A stretch of 64,000 nt of DNA from Octopus sinensis (lineage: Eukaryota): contig NC_043007.1 in assembly GCF_006345805.1 (NCBI RefSeq), forward strand, positions 25,234,001-25,298,000, given 5' to 3'. Made by a program: the position numbers and the translations under genes. Below are positions 1 through 12,230 of the stretch, one piece after another. The stretch's first letter is position 1. Each line of letters begins with the position of its first letter. Below the pieces are notes generated by a model, which was given only the letters and a program-made list of their open reading frames with translations, searched no databases and was not told the DNA's origin.

Positions 1-99
1 TGTCAACTCATTGAACTGTGGTTCCCTTCAATGATTTTTATGGTATTTCCATAAATTTCAATTTCTTATCATTTCCCCCATACCCCAACCGTCATCCTC

Positions 100-530
100 T
101 TGACATTTTCAACATCATCAGCATCATCATTATCATTGTCGTCATCGCCATCATCGTCATCATCGTTGCCATTGTCATCATTATCATCATCATCATCATT
201 GTCATCATCATCATCATTATCAACATCTTCGTCATCAACATGATTATTATCATCATCATCATAATTATCTATTATCATCATCATCGACATTGCCATCATT
301 ATCATCATCATCATCATTATCAACATCTTCGTCATCAACATGATTATTATCATCATCATCATAATTATCTATCATCATCATCATCATCATCATCATTGTC
401 ATCATCATCATCATTATCAACATCTTCGTCATCAACATGATTATTATCATCATCATCATAATTATCTATCATCATCATCATCATTGACATTGTCATCATT
501 ATCATCATCATCATCATCATCATTATAATT
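100..530. repeat. Degenerate (CAT)n with a 97-100 bp higher-order unit
   Basis: caacatcttcgtcatcaacatg recurs at 221, 321 and 418. Confidence 0.9.
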
Positions 531-1095
531 ATACATGAGTTACTTCCTCTCCCTGGTTTTTATACTGTGTCCATGACCAAGACTACTACTTATCAACAGT
601 ACTGTTTACCTTGCTATAAGTTGGCACCACTATTTACCAACAGCAGCAGCAGCAGCAGCAGCAATACCTTTGGCAAGGCATAATATAAGAACCACCCAAC
701 TGAGGGCAACAACCATTTAACCCTCACCTCTTCCATTGAAAGCTTCCTAATAGACATCACAACAGAATGAATGTGACTATCTCAGGTGTACCACCACCAT
801 CACCACCGCCACTACCAATATCACCACTAATATCATCATCATCATCATTGTCGTCATCATCATCATCATCATCAGATTATGGTGAGTTTAAAAATTACTC
901 GTCCGGTTAATAGACACACACACACACACACACATACATAAAAAAAAAATCCACCAACCACATCATCAGAGCCACCCAGCCATCCATACGTAATCATTAA
1001 AAAAAAACTGGATTAAGGGTGGAGTTAATCTCATTGAAATAATCCTCTTAAAACTGTTGTTCTTCTTGTTTGCGTTCTTCTCTCCCCCTCTCTCT

Positions 1096-1143
<48 letters not shown>

Positions 1144-1206
1144 GTATATATATACACATACTACATATATACATACATACATATACATATATATCTATAC
1201 ATACAT

Positions 1207-1280
<74 letters not shown>

Positions 1281-1291
1281 TATATATATAT

Positions 1292-1354
<63 letters not shown>

Positions 1355-1640
1355 TACACACACACACACACACACATATATATGTGTGTTTGTGTGTGTG
1401 CATATATGTGTTATAATGAGGTTGACCTGTTATACACTCACACTGACATGTGTAAATATATTTCTAGATAGACAGCTTAGTGTGTGTGTGTGTGCATATA
1501 TCATTTTTGCCATGTAAAAAAGCATATATCTGTCAATCATATAACATGTTACGTTTCTGTTCATGGTCTGACACTTGACTGTACATATACAAAATGCCAT
1601 GATCCTGCATGGCATTTAACTGAGAAGAGACATTTATGTT

Positions 1641-1982
1641 GTTGGCAAATCTCAGGAAGCATGGAAGTTTTGAAAGATGCAGTGCTCCGACAACTAACAA
1701 CTGATGCCGGCAGTTTGTTCCATGCTTCAGCAACTCTTAGCACGAAATGCTTCACGCTAAGAGTTGCTGAAGTATGGAACAAACTACCGGCATCAGTTGT
1801 TAGTTGTTGGAGCACTGCATCCTTCAAAACTTCCATGCTTCCTGAGATTCGCCAACACTACACCTGATTTTCTCCCTTCCATACACACCCAAGACACACC
1901 CAAGACATTTGTACATTACTGCATATGCTTTATTCGCACTTTTGACAAGTTGTGGTGCATCTGAGCACTGTATACAATAATT

Positions 1983-1985
<3 letters not shown>
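1641..1985 (+). mobile_element. CR1-like LINE 3' end with a snap-back inverted duplication; other copies near 9995-10175, 22485-22727 plus 23190-23230, 51170-51345 (-), 53915-54300 (-)
   Basis: FTLRVAE(V/A)WNKLPASVVSC.STASFK is the CR1 RT C-terminal motif; (ATT)n tail. Confidence 0.8.
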
Positions 1986-2017
<32 letters not shown>

Positions 2018-2038
2018 TTATTATTATTATTATTATTA

Positions 2039-2078
<40 letters not shown>

Positions 2079-3820
2079 GTTACAGTAAAAGCTTCAGATC
2101 ATCTGCTAGGCTAAAAAGTCATCATTTTATTGCTCTTTAGCAACCATAGAGTATTGTCCATCTTGTTGTCCACAGGATGGCCAACAGCAGACTTCCTAGA
2201 CAAATTCTTTACTCCCAACTTCTCTGTGTGTTGTGAATGTTTGGAGAAGTTGTGTGGCACTCCAAGTGTTTCAGTTTCTCCTGTGTGAGAGGTATGTTTT
2301 TGTTGTTGAATATGATGGTTAGCTGTATTTCATGTTCACTGATGATGATGCATCATCATCATCGTTTAACGTTCGTTTTCCATGCTAGCATGGGTTGGAC
2401 AGTTTTACAGGGGTCTGGGAAGCCAGGAGGCTGTGCCAGGCTCTAGTCTGATCTGGCAGTGTTTCTACAGCTGGATGCCCTTCCTAACACCAACCACTCC
2501 ATGAGTGTTGTGGGTGCTTTTTATGTGCCACCAGCACAGGGGCCAGAGGAGGCTGGCAATGGCCATGATCGGTTGGTGCTTTTTACATGCCACCAGCGCT
2601 GGCATCGGCTATGTTCAGATGGTGCTTTTTATGTGCCACTGGCTCGGGTATCACAACTACAATTTCCATTTGATTTTAATTTTGATGTTGATGTACTGGA
2701 CTCAGTAGGTCTCCTCATGCACAACAGGTTGCCCTACGATCCAAGGTAAGCATAGCAGGCCATCCTACGAACCATGAACTCACTTCATTTGTTGGGTCTT
2801 CACAGTCACAGCACACCACCACCACCACCACCACCACCACCACCACCACTACCACTACTACTACTACTACTACTACGTGACAGAAGATTTAGAAAATCCA
2901 TTTTTAACCCTTTTACATTTGTATTACTCTCCCAATCGTCACCATCATCAATTAGTGTCTGCTTTCCATGGGTTAGACATGCTACATAAATATATACACA
3001 TGTAGACTATTGACACCATATACATCATTCATCATCAATTAGTGTCTGCTTTCCATGGATTAGACGGTTTGACTGAAACTAGTAAGCTGAAGAGTTACAC
3101 CAGGTTCCAATCTAACTTGACATAGTTTATATGGCTGGATGCCAACCACTCCAAGAGTGTAATGGGTGCTTTTTTACATGCCACCGGCATGGGTGCCAAT
3201 TATGTGACACCAGCATTGGCCACAACAATGATTTCACTTGGTTTGATGAGTTTTCTCAAGCATGGCATAATGCCAAAGGTCTTGGTCACTCATCACTTCT
3301 GTGAGGCCCAATATTTGAAGGTTTCTTTTTATGTACCACCAGCACAGGTGCCTGTTATGTGACACTAGCATCAGCCATGACTACGGTTCCACTTGGCTTG
3401 ATGGGTCTTCTCAAGCACTGCATATCACCCACATTGTTTTGAATTTATGAAGCGTATTCGAGAATTCAACGATGCAATTGTTTATCTTCAAAATGACATT
3501 GTAGGGTAGGTGAAAGAGGTCAGATCTGGCCAGTTTGAACCTAAAACAAGTAGCATATTTGACCCAGATATGACAAGTTTAAATGCTAAAAAGTTAAATC
3601 TGCTACAGTGGAGCCAGGCTCCTCAGTGACTTGTTTTGTGTCCAGCATGGAGAATGAACATTTGACTATGGTGATGGTGATGGTGCTGGTGGTGGCAGCT
3701 GCAACAGTAGCAGTGGTGGTAGTGGTCATGGCATCAGAGGTGAAGTAGTAGTAGTAGTAGTGGTGGTGGTGGTGGTGGTGGTGGTGGTGGTGGTGATGGT
3801 GGTGGTGGTGGTGGTGGTGA

Positions 3821-3878
<58 letters not shown>

Positions 3879-4227
3879 TGCGCAACACTGCCTTAAGTAT
3901 GGCAGAAAAATGTGAGCGTGATGTCATCTGTATATGCTTTGCAACAATAGGGACAATGCAAAAAGTGTCAAATATATATTGTTTGAAAAGCGGGGGTGAG
4001 ATGTACTCCTGTGGCAGACCATTCACGAAACTGCAAGTTCTGGGAGTTTTGTATTTTGTATAACTGTACAGGCTTGGCAATCTTACAAGCAGTTTGCTAG
4101 TCAGCATTTCATTTTGTTATTTTGATGAGTAACCTTGGTAGGGGTGGTCAAAGAGGAATGGAAGCAAAAAACTTAGCATATGTTTTGGAATTATTGTTTA
4201 TGTTCTATGCCTTACTATGTGTTTCAG

Positions 4228-4453
4228 GTCATTCTTGGAGCATTCTTCCATGACTTTGGACATTTCCTGCAAATGGAAGGGAAGCAGAATCTAATGATTG
4301 TTGATGGTGTTGTCTTGGGGACATCAAATCATGAAAAAATTGCAGCAGAGTATCTGGAAGCCAGGAATTTCTCTCCCATCATTTGCAACATTGCCAGACA
4401 CCATGTGAATGCCAAGAGATATCTTGTTTTCAAGAATAAATCCTATTATGAGT
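4228..4453 (+). CDS. HD-domain diiron dioxygenase, PhnZ/TmpB-like (2-amino-1-hydroxyethylphosphonate dioxygenase-like), penultimate coding exon
   Basis: Acceptor tttcag|GTC, donor GAG T|gtgagt (phase 0 in, phase 1 out). Encodes VILGAFFHDFGHFL...NHEKIAAEYL...RHHVNAKRYLVFKNKSYYE, containing the HDxGH, second His and HVxAKRY motifs of the PhnZ subfamily. Confidence 0.88.
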
Positions 4454-4774
4454 GTGAGTAGCTTCTAATGTGATCTTTCTGTTTAAAATGATCTTTTATG
4501 AGTCGATGAGGTAGAATGTACATAGCCACTCAACCTGCTAGAAATACCAGCTAAATTTCTCATAACTTGCACCTTGCCATCTTAAGTAATATATCGAATG
4601 GACCAATGAAGGAGTCTTTAATGGTCATTTTGGTCTCTGAGAAATAGCTACCAAATCTCCCTCTGAATACATTCTGCCACCTTAGAAAAGAACACTTGGT
4701 TCTAAGCATACTGTGCCTAGCAGAAAGGTAGAATAATCAAGGTTGGAATGTCTCTGATCAAAGGTGTGAATATT

Positions 4775-4813
<39 letters not shown>

Positions 4814-5833
4814 TGTATGTATGTATGTATGTATGTATGTATGTATGTATGTATGTATGTATGTATGTATGTATGTATGTATGTATGTATGTATGTATGT
4901 ATGTATGTATGTATGTATGTATGTATGTATTATGTAGGCAAGTATGTGGCCATGCTGGAGCACCTCTTTAAAAAGTTTTAGTCAAAGAAATCAACCCCAG
5001 TACTTATTCCTTGCAAGTCTGGTACTTTATTCTATGGACCTCTTTTGCCAAACTGCTAAGTTACTGGGACAGAAACACACCAGAATCAGTTGTCAAGTGA
5101 TGGCAGAAGGGACAAACTCAGACACACACACACACACACCACACACACATAAACACACACACACACACACACACAACTATATATATGATGAGCTTCTTTC
5201 AGTTTCTCTCTAACCAATCCACTCACAAGGCTTTGGTTGGCCTGAGTCTATAGTAAAGATACTTGCCCAAGTTACCACTCAGTGGGGCTGAACATGGAAT
5301 CATATGGTTGAGAAGCAAGCCACATGGCCACAGTGTTTAGGTGATGAAGATACGATTTTAAAATGATGACTTTTGTTTTGCTTAACCCTTTAACATTCAA
5401 TCCAGCCAAAATATATTCTACCTATTTGCTTACCAACCATATGGTTCTGGGTTTAGTCCCACTGCGTGACATCTTGGGCAAGTGTCTTCTGCTATAGCCT
5501 CGGGCCGACCAATGCCTTGTGAGTGAATTTGGTAGACGGAAACTGAAAGAAGCCTGTCGTATATATGTATATATATATGTATGCGTGTGTATGTGTTTGT
5601 GTGTCTGTGTTTGACCCCTAGCATTGCTTGACAATTGATGCTGGTGTGTTTACGTCCCCATCACTTAGCGGTTCAGCAAAAAGAGACCGATAGAATAAGT
5701 ACTGGGCTTACAAAGAATAAGTCCCGGGGTCGATTTGCTTGACTAAAGGTGGTGCTCCGGCATGGCCGCAGTCAAATGACTGAAACAAGTAAAAGAGTAA
5801 AAGAGAGAGAGTTATGTTCAATCGAACAAGACC

Positions 5834-5993
5834 GGATTACCAAAGATTCATTCAGTCACACATTGGTTCACAGACATGCTAACCATTCTATCTCTCATTT
5901 TTGCAATTACAACTGTGTCATTTATTCCTCTGGTTTACCAAACCAAACTGTTCTCCGCTCTCTCCACCTCATGCTAAGCCATTGTGCTGTCAC
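5834..5993 (+). repeat. 160-bp direct repeat; second copy at 7799-7958
   Basis: ggattaccaaagattcattcag...gctgtcac in both places, highly similar. Confidence 0.85.
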
Positions 5994-6070
5994 ATTTAGC
6001 CTACAGTGCCATTCTAGAAATAACAATTATATCATCAGAAACTCAAAGGTACAAGACAATGCATGATTAA

Positions 6071-6280
6071 CCCTTTTGTTACCATACTTCTGTTGAGATG
6101 CTCTGTGTTTCTTTCAATTACTTTAAATATAACAAAGAATTTAGTAAAATAACTTAGTTATTATTCAGCTAGTATTAGGAACATAAATTGTGTGGAAGAT
6201 TTTTATTCAAAACTTCTGAAAACAAGGCATTTGTACTCAGAGCCAGAGCCAGTTTCAGAGCCAGGTTTGTAACAAAAGGG
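6071..6280. mobile_element. piggyBac-type MITE (about 210 bp); further copies at 7488-7708, 26942-27158, 47533-47752, 51980-52180
   Basis: ttaa|CCCTTT(T/C)GTTAC ... GTAAC(A/G)AAAGGG|ttaa termini with a shared internal sequence. Confidence 0.8.
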
Positions 6281-6699
6281 TTAATTCAAAATGATGTGAA
6301 TAAATAGGCATTACATTTGAGAGGGTAACCTGAATACTTAAGGGTTAAGGGACATATAAGTGCAGAATTGGAAATGAACGAAAATTAAACTTGAAATGTA
6401 TAAAAATAAACTTGGCTTTCCTGAGTAAATGAAAGGAATTATGTGGTCATTGACCTGTTGGAAATAGCAGTCAAATTTTCCCTAAATCATATGCTAGCAT
6501 CTTTGAAGATGAAGAGATATACTGGATAAATATACAGTAGTCTCTGTCACTCTATGTCTGATAAAAAGTTAGGATGGTCATGTTTGAATGAGGTCCAACT
6601 GGGGCCCAGTGGGATAAACTGGTATTACTGCTGTTATTACTGTTTCTGCTGCTGCTACTACTACTACTACCACTGCTGTTGCTGCTGCTGCAGCTGCTG

Positions 6700-6734
<35 letters not shown>

Positions 6735-6735
6735 G

Positions 6736-6771
<36 letters not shown>

Positions 6772-6836
6772 ATCCATTTGTATCAGCTGAATTGTAATTT
6801 CCACACCTTTTGTTCTTTTTTTTTTTAATTTCCCAG

Positions 6837-7039
6837 CTTTGACTGAGGCTAGTAAACAGACTCTGCAACTGCAAGGCGGCGTTATGTCAGAAGAAGAAGC
6901 TGGGGAATTTGAACGGCAGCCAATGTTCGACCTGATAATCCAAGCCAGGAAGTGGGATGAAGAAGGAAAAGATCCTAACAAGGTTCTTAAACCAATCAAA
7001 TATTATCGAAATATGTGTGCAGACATTCTCAAGAAATGA
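6837..7039 (+). CDS. PhnZ-like HD-domain dioxygenase, terminal coding exon
   Basis: Poly-T tract and tcccag|CT complete TCT in phase with the previous exon. Encodes LTEASKQTLQLQGGVMSEEEAGEFE...ARKWDEEGKDP...ILKK, stop TGA at 7037-7039. Has the SxxTLxxQGG and RxWD motifs. Confidence 0.88.
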
Positions 7040-7086
7040 ATTGGAGACATTTGGAATTTGGACAGTTTCTGGAATTTGTGTGTGTG

Positions 7087-7124
<38 letters not shown>

Positions 7125-8795
7125 AAACAGTGCTGCCACATACACAAACACCTCAGACTTCATCCTGAAAATTCAGCTTCCTGTTTATAGCCAGGAAACA
7201 TTTCAGCCCTGATAAGTTGTTGAACCTGTCAATTCTTAAGTAAGGTCCATATTAAAGAAGCAGTGCCCTTATTTTATCTGCTACAGTATCACTGTTGCAC
7301 ACATAAATACATACCTTAGGCTGTTATTACCCTTTAGCATTTAAACTGTCCAAATCTGGCCTTCCTCACCTACTCTACAAAGTCATTTCACATTGTCAAA
7401 TTCATATCGTCAAATTCACATTGTCAAATTCACATCGCCAAATTCACTTCGTCAGATTCTTGAAGCTGCAAGATAATGCTTGAGTAACCCTTTCGTTACT
7501 GTATTTATTTTGAGATGCCCTGTGTTTCTTTCAATTATTTTAAATATAAGAAAAAATGTAGTAAAATAACTTAGTTATCATTAAGCTAGTGTTAGGAACA
7601 TAAATTGTGACTAAAGTTTGGTGGAAGATTTTAATGCAAAACTTATGGAAACAAGACATTTGTACTACAGAGCCAGAGCCAGTTTTGGCCAGGTTGGTAA
7701 CAAAAGGGTTAATTGAAAACAATGTGTTCAAATAAGCATTACATTTGACAGAATAAGCTGAATGCTAAAGGGTTGAAAAATATACCGATTCTTTGACTGG
7801 ATTACCAAAGATTCATTCAGTTACACATTGGTTCACAGACATGCTAACCATTCTGTCTCTCATTTTTGCAATTGCAATTGTGTCATTTATTCCTCTGGTT
7901 TACCAAACCAAACTGTTCTGTGCTCTCTCCACCTCATGCTAAGCCATTGCGCTGTCACGTCCTTCTTTCATCATTTCTTATCTCTTTATTGCCCACAAGG
8001 GGCTAAACATAGAGGGGACAAACAAGGACGGACAAACGGATTAAGTCGATTATATCGACCCCAGTGTGTAACTGGTACTTAATGTATCGACCCCGAAAGG
8101 ATGAATGGCAAAGTCAACCTTGGCGGAATTTGAACTCAGAACGGAGAGGCAGACGAAATACTGCTAAGCATTTCGCCCGGCATGCTAACGATTCTGCCAG
8201 CTCTTTCATCATTTCTACTGCATCACATTCACTTTACCAAACATATTTCTTCATCTTTTTCCAGAAATGTGTGCTTTGCAGTTCCAAACAGCAACAAAAT
8301 TCGAAGAATATAGTATATTCCTAAACACTATCATAGACAAGGGAAACATTTACTGATTAAAATCAAAATAGATTTACAGTAATTGTATAAATCAATGCAA
8401 TATTTTGGAAATAAAGAAATTGCATTCTTTTTATCTTTTATCTTTTACTTATTTCAGTCATTGGACTGCAGCCATGCTGGAGCAAAACCATCAACTCTGG
8501 GGGTGGTTTTGTTGCAAGTTGACAAGAGTTGCAACAAAAGTTGAAGGGACATATAACTCTTAACTTAATCACCTGCTTGATTCGTTTCATCTTTTTCACA
8601 GCAACCATAAGCCGGATGTGTTTATTCACCTCCAACAATAGAGAGCAGTTGTCATACTTCATTCCATAATGGTTACCTCTGAAGAGCGCAAGGTTACATA
8701 ATCTGACTGTTACCTAACACTCTGTATAACCCCTGGTGCGAAACTGATTGGTAAGATCAGCTGTAATGGTTATATAATACTGTACACTTCGATTA

Positions 8796-8846
<51 letters not shown>

Positions 8847-11199
8847 GAAACAACAACAACAGATGAACATTGATAGTTAGTCCATCAGTGCCTGATGATG
8901 ATAAAGTCTGTGTTCTCAGCAATGAGAGCGTATGTGATTCTGCAGTCCAAAGCTGGAAACACACAGGTGCCTACAAATGCCACAGTGATAGTCTGTTGAC
9001 TGGATTGAAGTGGATGCTGCCCTGTGGTGTCTTTCTCTTGCAGCATTGAGATGTTATTATTATTATTATTATCATTACTGTTGTTGTTGTTGTTATTATT
9101 ATTAATATTATTATTATTATTATTATTATTATTGAGTGAGAGAGCAATGCATGCCATCAAAGTGACACTAGGGTACAGATATACAAAGCCCAATATACCC
9201 ATCATGACTACCCGTCTGATAAGGGTACACCAGACACATGCATCATAATCATATGTGTGCAACATGGTAATCTCACATATCAAGATAAACAGTGCATGCG
9301 CTTGCAGGTGGGGCCCAGTGAGAATTTCTTTCAGCTCTAGTAGCCGATCCCGCTCAAAAGGTCCCCGAATAAGCGTTGTTTAAAGAAGCTGAATGAAACA
9401 TGCATGTTTCCAGAGGTAAGTTATTCAAACCCCAAAGAATTCCTCTCAGCACATGGTTATGATGCCACCCTCCACTACTTCTGCTCATGATCAGAAATGC
9501 ACATATCGTCAGCCACCAAGAGATATGCTCAACTGGTTAAAGTCAAGCAAATCTGTGGCTTTGAGCAGAATATTTGCTGTAGCCCATCTTTTACACAAAG
9601 ACAAAACGACTACATGATGACACTTCCAATCAGTAAAGATCAGAAGCCATGAGAGCGGGCGAAATGCTTAGCGGTATTTCGTCTGCGTTACGTTGTGAGT
9701 TCAAATTCCGCCAAGGTCAACTTTGCCTTTCATCCTTTCGGGGTCGATAAATTAAGTACCAGTTACACACTGGGGTCGATGTAATCGACTTAATACCTAT
9801 GTCTGTCCTTGTTTGTCCCCTCTGTGTTTAGCCCCTTGTGGGTAATAAAGAAATAGGTATTTATTATTGTTGTTGTTATTATTATTATTATTATTATTAT
9901 TTTATGTGAAAAATAACGTCTTGAATGGCACAACAATATAGAGTGGACTATAATAACATTTATAATTTAATTATTCATAGTCTGATATAACACACCTGAG
10001 ATTCACCAACACTACACCTGATTTTCTCCCCTCCATACATGCGCAGGCATGTATCTGACTCATACACTGTTCACTTTCCAGACATTTGTTCATTACTGCA
10101 TATGTTTTTATACGCACTTTTGACAAGTTGTGGTGCACCTGAGCACTGTATACAATAATTTCATTATTATTATTATTATATTTCAGAATATAAAAATTCC
10201 TTCTTCAGACATAACTAAGAATTGATTGAGTCACTGCTATAATCGGTTTTCCAATGGTTACTGAAATTTTTTTTTCAGAAGCGTCTCTGAAGTGGTTTTA
10301 TGAAGCTCCTTCTGGAATTCCTCATGAGAAGTGCGTGAGGGTGGCCATGTCTCAGGCTCGTGTGTGTTGGCATATCCGCAGCGCTGCTTCTAAGTTATGT
10401 ATTATATGTACAGTTTTTTGGGGGTGAGGGATTTTTTTTTTTGTGAAACTTGATCATGTTACCAGAAATGAATTTACATGCATCCATGTATACTGAATAA
10501 TTATATTTTATATAATAGCGTGAGTTCATGGCTGTTTCCTGCACCAGCATCACATAGAAGCCCCAGCCCATCCAAAGTACCTTGGATCGCAGGACGGCCT
10601 GCTGTGCTTACCTTGGATTGTAGGGCGACCTGCTGTGCTTGAGGAGACCTATTGAGTCAAGTACACAACATCAAAAAATCAAATGGAAATTGTAGTTGTG
10701 ATACCTGTGCCGGTGGCACGTAAAAAGCACCATCCGAATGTGGCTGATGCCAGTGCCACCTTGACTGGCTTCTGTGCCGGTGGCACATAAAAAGCACCAA
10801 CTGATCATGGCCATTGCCAGCCTCCCCTGGCACCTGTGCCGGTGGCACATAAAAAGCACCCACTACACTCACGGAGTGGTTGGCGTTAGGAAGGGCATCC
10901 AGCTGTAGAAACACTGCCAGATCAGACTGGAGCCTGGTGCAGCCTTCGGGCTTCACAGACCCCAGTCGAACCGTCCAACCCATGCTAGCATGGAAAACAG
11001 ACGTTAAACGATGATGATGATGATGATTATGATATATGTATATCCATCTATACCTATACATGTGTATATCCTTCATCTTTTACTTGTTTCAGTCATTAGA
11101 CTGTGAACACGCCTGGGCACCGCCTTGAAGAATTTTTTAGTTGAATGAATCGCACTTCAGTACTTATTATTTGTTTTAAGCCTGGTACTAATTCTATCA

Positions 11200-11214
11200 G
11201 TCTCTCTCTCTCTC

Positions 11215-11263
<49 letters not shown>

Positions 11264-11384
11264 ATATATATATATGTGTATGTATGTATGTATATATATA
11301 TATGTGTATGTATGTATATATATATATATATGTATGTATATATATATATATGTGTATGTATGTATGTATATATATATATGTGTG

Positions 11385-11427
<43 letters not shown>

Positions 11428-11525
11428 GTATGTATATATATATATGTATGTATATATATATATGTATATATATGTATGTATATGTATATGTATGTATGTA
11501 TGCATATATATATATATATATGTAC
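11200..11525. repeat. Compound (TA)/(TATG) microsatellite; similar tracts at 1080-1400, 4773-4930, 16100-16520, 43050-43210
   Basis: Seen directly in the sequence. Confidence 0.95.
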
Positions 11526-11699
11526 CTATAAAATGTAAACATATAGGAAAAGAGACATATAAGTACACACATATCCGCACACACACAGATTCGTTGTACC
11601 CTATTTACATAATCATTATGATAACAAAAAACCTATAAGCTGCTCAGTGTTTCACACCTTTAATCTACTTGATTTGTATTTACCTTCTCGTTAATTATT

Positions 11700-12230
11700 A
11701 TTGTTCCAGTAGTGGTGGTCATCATGGTGTAAGGGGTGATGGTGAAAATGGTGACGGTGGAGGTGGAACTAATTGTAGAGGTGGTATTGGTGCTAGTAGA
11801 ATGGTGGTAATTATGATGAAGGTATTGATATTAATATTAGTGATGGTGGTAGTTGTGGTGGCTGTGGTAGTAGTGGTGATAGTGATGGTGGTTGTGGTGG
11901 CAGTGGTAGTAGTGATTGTGTGGTGGTGGTGGTTGTGGTGGCATTGGTAGTAGTGGTGATGGTGATGGTAGTGATGGTGGTTGTTGTGGTGGCAGTGGTA
12001 GTAGTAGTGGTAGTGGTAGTAGTGGTGGTGGTGGCAGTGGTAGTAGTGGTGATGGTGGTGGCAGTGGTAGTAGTGGTGATGGTGGCAGTGGTAGTAGTGG
12101 TGATGGTGGTGGCTGTGGTAGTAGTGGTGGTGGTTGTGGTGGCAGTTGTAATAGTGGTGATGGTGATGGTAGTGATGGTGATGGTTGTGGTGGCAGTGGT
12201 AGTAGTGGTGATGTTGGTGGTACAAGATAG
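11700..12230. repeat. (GGT/AGT/GAT) low-complexity minisatellite
   Basis: ggtggcagtggtagtagtggtgat units; open in several frames on both strands. Confidence 0.9.

Noticed and set aside
18-528. His-, Ile- and Asp-rich ORFs; likewise 11096-12267, 16016-16807 and 41558-42102
   Set aside because: Simple-repeat translations open in several frames on both strands.
786-891. ag...gtgagt-bounded segment ending SDY(G)
   Set aside because: Almost entirely CCA/TCA microsatellite, and the donor phase does not fit the 4228 exon.
3878-4063. ORF with GGEMYS as a candidate first exon of the PhnZ-like gene
   Set aside because: No Q-x-E-H metal motif, no suitable phase-0 donor, and it starts at the edge of a (GTA)n tract; the resemblance looks accidental.
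4228-7039. Bacterial contamination as the source of the PhnZ-like sequence
   Set aside because: The coding region is split by a canonical in-phase GT-AG intron filled with the same SINEs and MITEs as the rest of the window.
8490-9050. Short open frames with possible splice signals on both strands
   Set aside because: No recognisable homology and no consistent multi-exon phase chain could be built.
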